Origin: Cladosporium halotolerans
Lineage: Eukaryota
Direction of reading: 5' to 3'
Assembly (NCBI RefSeq): GCF_011745625.1
Contig: NW_027191453.1
Location: forward strand, 1,116,001-1,180,000
DNA: 64,000 nucleotides
Below are positions 42,500 through 54,906 of this stretch, piece by piece. Position numbers and translations under genes: made by a program. Below the pieces are notes generated by a model. It was not told the DNA's origin and ran no database searches. It was given only the letters and a program-made list of their open reading frames with translations. Position 1 is the stretch's first letter, and each line of letters begins with the position of its first letter.

Positions 42500-45262
42500 T
42501 CAACGACGTCTCAGCAGGGAACTAATGAAACGTGAGATCCTACGCCGGTGGGTTGGCCGGACGTCACCGTCTCGCTGCCCTTCCTCGCTCATTCTGGTCT
42601 CAGCCCTCCATTCCTGCAATTGTCGAAGACGTCTAGTGGTATCCGGATGATCCGCTCCGAGCGTCTCAGTCGACTTCGCGACGCAGGCTGCCAAGAGATC
42701 CACGACAGCATCATTTTTGCGCTGAGCTCGAAAGACCTCAGCCAGATTGCCCATGGCAGCCAGCGTGATTCGGTGGCCTTCGCCGAGCACATGTTTGCTG
42801 GTTTCCAACGTTTCCTGTCCCAGACGCTCTGCTTCCTTCATATGGCCTGACCTCAGATTGAATAAGACCAAGTTGGCTTTACTCGAGAGCGTGTCTGGGT
42901 GCGTTTCTCCGAGTACGGTCTTTCTCATTTCCAAGATTCTTGAAATCAGCTCCTTCACCTCTTCTACCCGGCCCTGAGCCCAGTACGTCGAAGCTATCTC
43001 GTTCATGCTTGAAACGGTAGATGGGTGCGCTTCGCCAAGCAGCCTTCTCCGAATTGCTAGCGCTTCATTTGCCAGTCTTAAAGCATCTTCCCAATGCTTT
43101 TGAGCCCGGCGGATGGCTGCGAGGCACATCATGCTTTCCACTGTCTGTAAATTTTCACGACCGAACGTTTTCGTGTTTCTGTTCAGAAATTCAACGCCTA
43201 GTCTCTCTGCCTCTTCCAGCAACCCCTGCTTGTGGTAGATCCAAGCCATATTTCCAATAGTCCCAAGTGTCAGAGGATGATTTTCGCCCAACATTTCTCG
43301 GCTCTTGTGAAGTAACCGGCTGCTCAGTTCTTTCGCCTCATCCCATTTCTCTTGGTCGGCATAGATCAGAACTAGATCGTCTTCACTAAGTAACGTGTCT
43401 GGATCGCTTTCGCCGAGAATATTTCTTCGTGTCTTCAAAGTGCGGACACACAGCTCCTCCGCCTTCCCAAGCTGCCCTTGTTCCCGGTATATTGCAGCTA
43501 GATTGGCCATGCTTGTAAGCGTTTGTGTGTGCTTTTCGCCCAGCACGTTCATCCTACACTCCAAGGATCTTTCCATCATCCTCTGAGCGTTTGCGTACCT
43601 GCCTTTCAGTAAAGCGTACCAGCCGCTCTTATGAAGTAGAGTCCCTTGAAAGATAATTGCTTCTTCGTTGGCCACCTCCATGTCGATAGCTATCGAGGCG
43701 TGAGGGAACAGTCTCTCGCATTCCGTCCAATTGCCAGAATTAAGATCAGGACGAGGGAAAGCCTTTGCCATCTTCTTGATGAAAGCAGACTTCCACCGAT
43801 CGAGGGAAGCGTGCGTTTCAAGCCATTTGTGCAGGGAAAATCGCACCAGATCGTGCATCGTGAAGTTTGATCCGTTTTCTATTACTGAGATGAAGGAGAA
43901 GTCTCGAAGGGTCTGTATATCGCTGTCCCATTCTTGTGAGAGAGCATCGAAGCTCTCGTCTGTAGTGTCGCTGTCATCGGTAGCATCCGAGGTCCAATCC
44001 GTTGCGTCGTTGTCGTCCGAGCTATGCCAGTTTTCTTCCGCTGTATCGTCGTCGTACGAGACATCCTCCTCTTCATCTTGGTTCCCGTAGCGAAGAACAT
44101 CTTCCGGAATGGATTGTCGGTCGAAGAAACTCATCAAAGCCAGCAGGTCGGCCGCACTTTGCCGTTTCGATGCAATGTGCTCGAATGAAATCTGCCACGT
44201 GAGGATGATCGAGTTTTTTGCTTCCTGATCCCGTCGCAGATTACCGTCATTCAGGTTCAGAAGACTTTTCTTAGACTTGTCGCTTTTGTTAAGCATTCGG
44301 ACGTATTTCCGCACAGAGCATCGAGGTGCTTTTTGCTTGATGTACGCCGCTGCTTGAGCAAGCGCAAGTGGCACATAATCGAGAGAGTGTGCAAGTTCCT
44401 CCAATTGTTCGAGGTCGCCTTTTTGGTCGGTCAGTTTGTTCGCTAAGAGCGCCACCGCCTCCTCTTCTTTCATAGGCTGCACGCTCACGATATTTCTCTC
44501 CTCGACGATTTGCAAGGCTGACGCTTCGTTCCTTGACGTGACCAGTATGGCTCCATGGTCGCTCGACGGCAGGTAATCGAGATAACCCCTCCCAGACCGG
44601 CGTGTTGTATCTGAGCTGTCAGCTTTGTTGGTTTGCGAAGGTTTTCGAAGGAAGAAGTCCGCGTCGTCGGCATTGTCAAGCACCAGCAGCCACTTTCCCT
44701 TCTGTTCGTCCTGGAGCCACCCGCGGAACAGCTGGAAGATATCTGCCTGCGGGTCTTTCCTGCCGGGTACTTTGAGATCGTCGAGATTGTTCCTCACGCT
44801 CTGCTCGAAGCGCGCCGCATTGCTGGAGTGTATCCACAGAACCCACGTCGACTTTGAGGCATCTCTCACCCGATAGGTATGTTCTATTGCCAGCTGCGAC
44901 TTGCTATTGTCTCTCCGTCAGTGACCGACACTCTTGAAATACTTGTCAGAGCTGTTGCATTTACCCAACACCCCCCAGCCCAACAAGTGCGACCGCGGCC
45001 CCGGGCACCGAGAGCTTCCGATCAAGCTCTTCGGCGAGCGGCTCGCGTTGAACATAGTTTGGATCGCGCCGGAAGGGAACTGTCGACAATGGAGCCGGTG
45101 GTTCTTCTGCTGGACCTGAGATTCGTTCACCTTTAGCCTGCTACACGGTCAAATATGCATCGCCGACGTACCAGGCTGAGCATAGTGATTGTCCCCAAAA
45201 TGCACTTTAGCGTTGCCATCTATGTTCGCGCCTTGGAAGTTATGTCCCCCGTGAGCAGCCAT
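42500..45262 (-). CDS. Fungal NLR: N-terminal amyloid signalling motif, NB-ARC, TPR repeats (881 aa); exons 45262-45172, 45115-44965, 44903-42500
   Basis: Walker A GLGGVG/KSQLA is split by intron 44904-44964. Also present: Walker B WLLVLDNADD, ILVTSRN, LDYVPLALAQAAAYI (GxP region), MHD (FTMHDLV) and about 8 LG..HP.TL....NLA TPR units. Both introns are GT-AG and keep the frame. Confidence 0.92.
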
Positions 45263-46130
45263 CGGGGCGTGATGCTGGAAAAGGTAATTCGACTCCTCGA
45301 ATTGGGTATTGCGAAGACTCGTTGAAGCTGACTAGCAGTCCGTGGGCCTCGACTTGCGACAAGCACGCGGATGGAGCTCAGCCTGACTGGACGATATGCG
45401 GCTGAAGGGGGCACATGACGCTGGGCTTGCAGCATGAGGATAGCCGAGACGCTGAAACCAGTTTCTCGAGTCGTTCGCTTTTGCCGTTCGTTTGCTCATA
45501 TTATAGTTTCCAGAAAAGACTCATGGACATCGTAGGTCCTCTTAAGGGCTACAGCAGCCGATATAGGATATAGTAGTTTGGGAGTCTACCCTCCGTTTTT
45601 ACTCTTTCGACGATCCCAAAGTACATGGGTACACTAGGTAGTAGGTATGCGTCGTTGAGATCTCGAGCGACGCATCTTAGGGGAGTTTGTCTTCCGTATA
45701 GACTATAAGCTTTCGGGGAAACGGCGTGACATCTCTGTATTCCGAGTGTTCTGATCACTTGCACTGGCCCTTTCCAGTGATCGCGAAATACAGAATCTTG
45801 TGGATAGACTACAAGATGCTAGCTCACGGTGCTATGATGGACGCAGGTCACTTGTTGTCGTTCATTGGCCGACTGCCCTGAGAGAGATACCTAGGGCAAC
45901 GGTTGAGCGAAGGCGGGGTTGCGAGGACCTTGATGGATGATTGTGGGACGGGAATCAAGGTTTCTGGCCAGAGCGATTGAATTCGAAGGCATCGTATGAT
46001 TTCCCACGTGGAGCTGTGATCTTGGGGCTCCTCTATTATCTTTATTTTCCACGCTGTGAAATCCCATCAATTTGTGTGTCTTTCCTTGAACAGCCCACTT
46101 CCACGCCTCCTGAGCCCCCAACATTTCAGC

Positions 46131-47203
46131 ATGCCGGCAACCCCTCTCAAAGCGACTTGGAAGAAGATCTCAGAGCATGAATCGCTAAAGAGATCCTCCC
46201 ATGCTGTCGCAGCCATTGGCGAAGATGTTTATGTTTTTGGAGGCGAGCTGGTCGCTAGGCAGCCCAAGGATGGCGATGTTCATACATTTTCGTTGAGTCC
46301 CCAAGGTAATCCATCCCCACCCTGTGATCATCTCACAGACAGCCATTGACAAGCCGCTTGGTAGCAAACGGACCAAAGACTCTGAGCTCTTCCTCTGAAA
46401 GCCCAGTCCCAAGAGTCGGCGCCTCCATCGTCGCGCTGAACAACACCCTATACGTTTTCGGCGGCCGCGGTGGCACCTCCATGTCCGCGCTCTCTGAGTC
46501 CGGCGGTCTTTGGTCGTTCAAGCCTGAGACGTCCGCCTGGGAGCTCGTCGCACCAGCCGATCCCTCAGCTCCCCAACCAGAGCCTCGCAGCTATCACTGC
46601 GCGACGACAGACGGCCAGAACACCATCTTCATCCACGCTGGGTGTCCTGCTAGCGGCCGACTTCGGGACTTCTGGGCTTTTGATGTCAAGAGCAGAATGT
46701 GGAAGAAGTTGCCAGAAGCTCCTGGGTCAGAGAGAGGAGGCACGAGCGTGTGCTTTGCGGAGGGCAGGGTGTGGCGGATGGGTGGATTTGATGGAAAGGT
46801 TGAGATTGGAGGGTCGCTTGACTCTTTCGAGGTTCAGGGCGGAAAGTGGGAGACTTTTGAGTTTTCTCCTGATGGTGTCAATGGCCCGGGCTCGCGCAGT
46901 GTGGCTGCTTTGCTGCCGGTAAAGGTTGCTGGAAAATTGTTCTTGGTGACTGCTTTTGGAGAGGCTGATCCGAGCAGTCTGGGCCATGCGGGTGCTGGCA
47001 AGATGCTGAAGGATGTATGGGCTTTCGACGTGGAAGGCAAGGACTGGAGGAAGGTTGATGCTGACACAGGGAAAGATGGTGAGCCGCTGCCCAGAGGTTG
47101 GTTCGGCGCTGGTGTAGTGGGCGAGTCAAAGGTTGTAGTTGTTGGTGGACTAGGCGAAGACAACGATAGACTCGGTGATGCTTGGAGCTTGGAGTTCCAG
47201 TAG
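46131..47203 (+). CDS. Kelch-repeat beta-propeller, nitrile-specifier-protein-like; exons 46131-46305, 46365-47203
   Basis: Six kelch blades (RSSH...YVFGGE, PRVG...YVFGGR, PRSYH, RGG, RSV, PRGWF) and the GEADPSSLGHAGAGK loop typical of NSP-like kelch proteins. Confidence 0.88.
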
Positions 47204-47790
47204 AAGAGAACAGCGATTGACACAACTGGCGACCAGATTTCCAGAGTTATGAGCTCTTGTGTTTCCGTCATATGGCCACTTTGTTGTTCTTATTCTTTAG
47301 AGAGCTTTAACCACACGAGATCGATATTGAGGCCATATTCTCCAGACTTGAGAGCTCTCCTTAACTGGTATTCAAGATCGCTCCACTTCGTGATGTATCG
47401 ATGATTCGTGAAATGTTACTAATCTCGTGGATGTGGCAGGGAAGTAGATTTGTTAGGCCTCAGCAAACATTTGCATACGCCAGCATACCCGGATTTAGAC
47501 ATGTGCCGTGCCAGTGACCATCTTTTCCGGGTCATCGGGAAGGTTCGATTGCGGCTGTATGACAGTATTGACTCGTGGTACGTACGAGATGCGCCTGTTG
47601 GTCGGCTTTTGATCGCGTGCTTGCCATTAAGGTAGGCAAATGATAAAATGTCCCCTCGCCATCATGGTGTCGCACCCCTCCACATACACCGAAGCTATGG
47701 AACATATATTAGCAGAGCGTCAGTTGTATCTTTGCTTTCATTAAAGCAAACGATACCCATACGACCTCTCCGATCGATCTATCAATCGTC

Positions 47791-48791
47791 ATGTCCGCAT
47801 TCCAAGACCAGCGAGCATCGCTCACAATCCTACCTCCCGAGCTATTGCTGCAGATCATACCCAATATTCCTCATGACCCTCAGAACATCGAATCACTCAA
47901 ACTCACGAACCGACAATTCTACTCCCTCCTCACAGCACACGAGACAACTCTCGCGCCAGCAATACGAAAAACAAGCTACAAAACCTCGCCCCGACTCTTC
48001 CCCTCCCTCCCCCTCAACTCCTACACAAGCCTCACAACCCTCCACAACCGCCTCGCAACCCTCACAGCCCTGCACGACAACTGGCTGCACCTGACCTCCC
48101 ACGGCCCGGAGCTCAACTGGCTCCGCGACAGATGGGAGTCGATCCACAAAGCGGGCACCCTCCTTCTGTACCGCTTGCGCGACTGCTGCGAGAGCTTCGA
48201 CCACGGCGACAGCGACGCCGCGCACGCCGCAAAAATCGATCTACTGCACCTGCTGCCGGCTACAAGCCTTGCGTGTCTGGTTTTCAAGTGCTACTCTGCG
48301 ATCAAGATTCTGAGGGTGCATGGGCCGGAGCCGGTGCATGCTACTTTTGCGAAAGAGGATGTGGGTGTGAGGTGTGAGGTTGAGCTTGCGCTGGAGGAGA
48401 TGTTGTTGGAGCATGGACCGGAGTTCTTTGTGGCGTTGTTGGGGGCTGGGAGGCAAGGGAATGGGAAGGGCTCTTGGGCTGTGAAGTGAGTGTTGATGAC
48501 TGATCTCGATCGATTCGAGAGCTGAGCTGACCAATGGCCCTTTACAACAGTGCGTTGCAAGACGAGCTTGCAAACATGGAGTTCCGTCAATTACATTCCG
48601 CGGCCCCCACGCTGATATCGACGCTGCGCCGATCGTTCGCGCAGAAGACGAACGGGCATTTTGCGAATACTGCGACAAAGATGTGGGAGGTCCTGAGCTC
48701 GAGCGTGTTTGACGAGGTTGATGAAGATAAGATGGTGAAGATCGTTACTGGCGATACATTGGTCGGTGGCATGAGGAGAATGGGTTATTGA
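47791..48791 (+). CDS. F-box-like protein; exons 47791-48485, 48551-48791
   Basis: N-terminal LTILPPELLLQIIPNI...IESLKLTNRQFYSLL F-box pattern. Intron GTGAGT...GCTGAC...CAG joins the two ORFs in frame. Confidence 0.75.
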
Positions 48792-49198
48792 GGGCCAATG
48801 ATGCACGTCGGTGCGGCTTGGATATTCGTTTGATGCTGTGCTTGACTGCCCAGACTGCTGGCATTCGCTCCAAGTTGAAGATTCTTAGAGACACACACGT
48901 AGAATCTTTCGATACTAGAACTGCGGACTTTCTGTAACGATTATGCTCGAAGGTTAGGAGTATTACTGGCGTCTACTGCACTCGATTAGTCAGAGTATGC
49001 GGATGAACGTTTGTTAACGCTTGAGAAGCCGAGTCATGACGCTGGTTTGAAGCAAGTAGCACGTCTTCGCTAAGGATATGAATAGCCCACCAATCAGAAA
49101 AACCTCCGTCCGATGTAAATGACAGATTACCTGGGCAAGATAAAAGCAAAGCAATGAAACTCGCTGCAGATAGCAAAAGGGTATATCGCTTTGGGAAC

Positions 49199-49903
49199 TC
49201 AGTTTTCATCTGTCCAGTGCCGATCAGATATGCGCTCGAGCTGGCTTTCGTCGACCGGGTCTTTCTTGAACATCCCGCGAAACGCAGATGTAAATCTCTT
49301 GCTGATTGGTTTACGCTCGAAACCATCACTCCTTCCAGGTTCATGAGATGCCATCCTAGGCTTCGATGGCCTCGGCGGCTGTGCCCTACTCATGCGACTG
49401 GACATGGTTCCAGGGAGGGCTTGAGCCGGAGGCTCGGTGGATGCAGCGAAGTTAGACTTCGTGGAGGAGGATGAGAAGCTTTCCGGAGGCGATGGAGGCG
49501 GCAGAGCCAGTGCTGCATTTGTTCGTGTTTGGAACGCAGACTCTGGTGGGAGATCAATAGATGTTTCGTACGGGGCCAGCTGAGGCGTCGTCAAAGACTT
49601 GGTATGGTGATGGCTAGGCCATTGCGCCGAAGTACTGTCACGCGACACCGGAGAGCTGTACTCGGATCTGGATGGTGCACTGTTGGCGGTGATGAGTTTT
49701 GGTTTCGGGTGTGAGACACGGTCTTCACGAGCCGAAAACGGCCACGGACGTGTTTGTTGCTCCATTTGTGTTGTTGGCGGACTTCCTGACCTTCCAACAT
49801 ATGGAAATTGGGATACTGCTCGTACTTCCCAGGGCGGAATTGTTGAGGGTGAGGCTTTCCCGCTGCCCGTTCGTCTTGAAGATGGTGGTGTTGTGGTGTC
49901 CAT
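49199..49903 (-). CDS. Hypothetical disordered S/P-rich protein with a short structured C-terminal motif
   Basis: ATG 49903 ORF (234 aa) ending in KRFTSAFRGMFKKDPVDESQLERISDRHWTDEN. Confidence 0.6.
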   Translation of the reverse strand: MDTTTPPSSRRTGSGKASPSTIPPWEVRAVSQFPYVGRSGSPPTTQMEQQTRPWPFSAREDRVSHPKPKLITANSAPSRSEYSSPVSRDSTSAQWPSHHHTKSLTTPQLAPYETSIDLPPESAFQTRTNAALALPPPSPPESFSSSSTKSNFAASTEPPAQALPGTMSSRMSRAQPPRPSKPRMASHEPGRSDGFERKPISKRFTSAFRGMFKKDPVDESQLERISDRHWTDEN

Positions 49904-52275
49904 GCTGGATATAATGTTGCTCTCGGCCGTCTCAGCTATACTTTGAGAACCTCCGGTAGGGACCAAGGTGCAGACCGTAGATGAGACGCTTGCTACTTGT
50001 TACGGTCCAAGACAGGCGTCGGCCAGTAAGCCTGCTGAGCGAGGAGGCAGTAAGGGCCTCTCGCGCCGAAGCTTGAGTCAGTAGGTCGCACGCGAGTAGA
50101 AACGCAACTGGCACACGATGAGTATTAGTCTCGGTAGAAACTCGAGAACAAGACACTCTCCTCCACATGAACAAGACCGGGAGAAATGCTTAGCATTGCG
50201 GCGTTGTGGGCTAGGGCGCCACAGCACTATAAAGGATACAAGGCATGACCAATCTTCGGCTTGCAGTGGATCCGTGAAGGATGTAGCCCAGTACGCGTAT
50301 GCTGCGAAACAGTGGCAGGCGCTCAGATAGGCTGCTTGCTTGCTTGCTTTGAGCGTGGGAGGTGGTGTGAACTACCCTGGTCCGACAGACGCGGCTTGAC
50401 TGGTTGGAAGAGCCCTGCAAAGTTGAGGCGCTTTACACAAGGATTTGCTGGATCACCTGCCATAAGAAGATCTAGCCATCCAGTGCCTTTCCTCGAGTGT
50501 GCCGATAGTGCTGTTCGCTAGCCCGCGACTGCAGCTCAGGATGAGGTGGGCACAAGGCTATTGCGAGCGCTTCCAAGGTGGTAAATAGCACTCGAGCTGA
50601 CCTCGCCGCCCCTCTCTCTTCGGGGGAGTGCTCCGGCTCTACCATAGTCGGCTCCTGTACGCGCTGGTGCATAGGTAGCCAGGGTTCAGGACACTGTAGT
50701 GCAGGCGCCTAAGGCCCGGGACGTGGGCTTCCCCGTAAGCTGCAATGTGGGCGCTAAGCCTGGGTCCTTGTCGCAAGAGAGCAGTGACCGTCTGCATCAA
50801 CGTTTCATGTCCAGCGTGAATCTTTGAGAGAAGTTTCGAGGTACTTGCTTCCACATTGGAGCACTGAGAAATCATGCAAGGACTCAAAACAACAGCTGTT
50901 TGCCCAGTCGCATGCTGCGTCCAATGGCCGGCTGCCGGCCCGAAGCATCCTGGGCCGTCCACCTGTTCTTCATTGCGGCGTTACTGCCTCCCAGTACCGA
51001 TAACGACCATCAGGCGGGGTTGCATCTGGGCCCATACATAGGCCTTTTGGGGTGCCTGCGAGCAGACATCTGACTACAAGATCTACAATGGATTTGTTGT
51101 GTGGCGGATGCCTCGGCCTGTTCGCTTTTCGCTTCTGTACAACCCATGGCCAGGACAGTACCGAAGCAATTTGGGTAAAGTATCTGTCACGTCATTTTTG
51201 TCCGTTTAGAAGCGTGACGGCATCCTTTTTGAGTACGAACAGCCTGAAAGCTGGTCAGGATCGCGACGGTGATCGCACCTCGACGACATCGCTATGTGAA
51301 AATCTCCCAGAGAGCCAATTTCCATGCGATGAGCAAAGTGTGCGATCGAAAGGCGCTCTCACTCTCGCCGCATTGCCGCACTCCAGAGCTGTCAGAGTGT
51401 GTTCGGAGGTCCTACTCGCATCTCGTCCGACGTGTTTGCGGACCTAGTGAGCGAGCGCAAAACCTCGCCTCTTCCAAAAAGGCACGGAGCGAACTCGCGA
51501 CATGTGAGGAGGACGATTCTCTCCCTTATTCGACTGATCGACCAATATCCGCTGAAAGAAGGACCTACCGAAGCGATCCTGTAAGCTTCAGCAGCCGGCC
51601 ACAAGAAGTGTTCTCCATCCTGCGAGGTCCAATCCTGCACGTCTATCAGCCGCTCCTCAGCCCGAAGTCACACGCTGGCAGCGCTGATTCGCCAGCTGCA
51701 CCTCCAGCACATCCTAGGGTGCTCCACCCCGGCGCTTACATGCCTCGCGTGGCTTGTGTGTGCCTCGCTGGGCTTCATCCTGCCATACCGTCCATCCCTC
51801 TGCCTATGCGAGGGGTGGCCGAGGCCCGTGTTAGTGTTGGTCCACGCGAGCTCGCCACACCACTCACGGCGCGCATGCGCGCCAAGTCTCACGTCCTTTC
51901 AGTGCACTTTACGGCTGCACGAGAAGGATGTTGGCGCTTACTTGTGCTCAGCTTTGAAAGGCCGCTGACACCCGGTGCTCGTGGTAAGTCCGTTTCGTGT
52001 CGCCTGGTCCATCCTTCCTTCGCACATCCAGTTCTGCGTCACTCTTGTTGTAGAATTCCAGCGGCAGCACATGTAGGAGCCGCTTCGCCTTTCCCTTGCA
52101 TTGCGCCACATTGCTTGCGTCTTGCCGGCAGTCATACACCCACTTCGCCTCATCACACCCCTTCGCGCCGGCGTCCCTGATATCTCGCGCTTGAAGACAA
52201 GGCACTCGCCGTCTTGGGGTACTCTTCCTTTGCCCGCGCACGTCGCGCGAACAGCAGCAGCATCAGCAACACAAT

Positions 52276-53181
52276 ATGTTTTCCGTCGCCTGGCTGCTAG
52301 TCGTAGTGACTACAACATCACTAGCAAGCGCACACACTGTCATCACATACCCGGGATGGAGAGGGAACAACCTACATACGAATGGCACAGCTCCGGAGGA
52401 CAACCCTGGATCAATAGGCATCGACTTTGAGAACGGCACGGCGGCCTTCCCATGGGGCATGCAGTGGCTTTATCCATGTAGGCACCATTTCTTTCCCAGA
52501 AAGGCGACTTCGCCATGAGCTTACCTGTCGCAATGACTGACCTAGAGCTTCAGGCGGAGGGATGCCACAAACGACCAACCGAACGAAGTGGCCTGTCCAC
52601 GGTGGCGCCGTCTCTGTACAGCCTGGCTGGTTCCCGGGTCATTCCAACGCCTTGATATACATCAACATTGGCATCAATGAGCCTGGTCATGTCGCACCAA
52701 GGAACATGTCGCATCCTATACACCCAGTGTTCTCCATCCAAGGACCGAACAATCAAGAATATCCTGGCCAGTTCTGCATACCACAACTCGGAATGCCGCC
52801 AAATCTGGACTTGCAAGTGGGTGACAACATCACCATCCAGGTGGTCGAACTCGCGCAACACGGAGCCGCGCTATACAGCGTAAGTCCAAGCGTCAAGCCT
52901 TGCATCAGTGAGCAAAGAATGAGGACAAGACGGCAGGATATACACTCGAATCGGGACGCTGACTTAACAACCTCCAGTGCGTCGATGTCACTCTTGCCGA
53001 GCCTGAAGAAGTCGAAGAAGTCACGAAAGACAACTGCTACAACAGCACCAATCTCGGATTCAATCTGGTTTTCACGACGACTGCGCTCGAGAGCGCGGCG
53101 CCCGCTACTTCACCTCCTTACAGCGCGCTCGCTTTGCTCGTAACTTCACTTGTGTTTGTAATTGGGAGTGCATGGCTATAG
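52276..53181 (+). CDS. ham-7: GPI-anchored X325/BIM1-like copper protein, HAM-7/IDC2-like cell-fusion sensor; exons 52276-52477, 52554-52879, 52978-53181
   Basis: Signal peptide followed by His1 (ASA/HTVITYPGWRG), then WLYPCGG, GWFPGH, FCIPQ, NITIQVVE...ALYSCVDVT. The C-terminus has SAA plus a hydrophobic tail (GPI signal). Confidence 0.8.
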
Positions 53182-53504
53182 GGTTGGAAATATGCATGGA
53201 GGTTGGAAAAGGCGTTTTCGGTATACCAACAAAGACTGTGCCTTATGCGGTACTCGGGTAGTCTTGTCATTCTCTGTCACATAATGCAATCGTTACACTT
53301 TGATTAATCCGTCGAATCATTCCCATAGACTGCGATCAAGTCATACCGGCAGGGACATCAAAGCTCAGGGCTCTGGAGTCTTGACGCTGTAATAGACGGA
53401 GTATTCGACAGGGACTTTGTCCGTGACAATCCGTACATGCTCCTCTGTTTTCACGATCGCTGAGCAGCGACTTCGCTTGTTCAATGATTGTTGAAGCATG
53501 CAAG

Positions 53505-54282
53505 TCAGAAATCCTGCACGCCAGTCTCTCCCTTCGGGCTCCCGTCGCCATCATACTCCGATTCCTCCGCATCAAACCAAGCCTCCTGCTGCTGTCTCGC
53601 CTCCTCATCCAAATCGTCATAGCCCTCGCCACTATCCACAGCCGCGTAATCAAAATCCGCATCCTCGCCCCTGAGAAAGCGCCTCTCCATCACATCCCTC
53701 CAGCGGCGCAATCCCTCTTCTTTCCCCTCAACGCGCTCGCTCACGTCCTCTTCCAAACCAACGATCGCGCCGTCCTCGCCGCGCTCGTACACGAGCGGAT
53801 TCTCGACGTCCGGCGCGCGCAATTCCTCGACTTTTGCCTCGGACCGCATGAGCGTTGCCTCCAGCGCGTCGGCCGTGCCGCGCGCGCTGCGCTCCGCTAA
53901 ACGCTCCGCGGGCGACTGGAAGCGGCGCACAAGTCGGTCGTAGAGGAGGGGATCTGTGGTTGAGAAAGGAAAGCGTTGGTGCCTGTGCGGAGGCGAGGGG
54001 GAATATACTTATCCTCTGAGAAGGGATGGCAGAAAGGAGAGGGTGGGACTAGTAACCTTTTGGCTCGAGATTGGCGCCGTCGAAGTAGGACGGGTTCAGT
54101 GCTAGGTAGCGCCTGCGGCGGGTCTGCGTGCGCAGGCGCAGGGTGCGCTGGGGGTCATTTGGGGGTGGACGAGGGCGCGGAGAGGGTGGCTGCCTCCCTG
54201 CGGTCTCTTGCTCGTTCGTGGCAGGTAACGAGCGGCTCTCGAGGCTGGCGGCCTCTGGTGGAGCTTCTGGAAAATGCGGCAT
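53505..54282 (-). CDS. CCDC97/DUF2052 family protein; exons 54282-54057, 53953-53505
   Basis: RRRYLALNPSYF...DPLLYDRLVRRFQ and RFLRGEDADFDYAAVD...YDD...EAWFDAEE. Intron 53954-54056 has a weak GTTACT donor. Confidence 0.85.
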
Positions 54283-54906
54283 CGTGGATGTATTGTGGAA
54301 AAGGTGTGGATGGAGGGGCAGCGACGGCGGGACTTCATGTTTGTTGATGACGATGACGTCCCAGCGGAAGCGTTCCGACGACCGGGCTCTTGGTGTCCAC
54401 CGATGTCGACGAGACTTCATCTTATTCACCTCTGGAGTTTGCGATGGAATCCTCTGGAATATATGTATCAGTCCGATTTACTCTGGCAAAGGAAGTGGGG
54501 AATTCAGTCTTCCAATCGTGGCATCTATGAGCTACTTCATGGTCACCCCATTCTTAGACCTAATCGCTCGTTGATCTTTCGTATCGTTTGAGACTGAACG
54601 TTGCAAGACACAGCACAAGAGACAGACAAACCTAGGCGGAGAGAACACGAAAATCAATTCATCAAGCCAGGCGTACCTGACCAATTCGCTAGCCTTCCAA
54701 TACAGCAGAGAGAGCATCAAACCACGATCCAAAAGACAAACGGCTCCTGGTCGTCCGCCTCATGAACAGATTACATGCAAGCGTGCCTCATGACTTCAGA
54801 ACACAAATGCTCCAGGCCCTTGTCGACCAAACGACAGATTAAACCAAAAACGCCTTGCAATGCACCTTTTTCCCACCATGCCACGGTATTAATGCTGTTA
54901 GACATT

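Noticed and set aside
51269..52180. 303-aa ORF upstream of ham-7
   Set aside because: GTG start, R/S/P/C/H-rich random-like composition; likely promoter and leader sequence.
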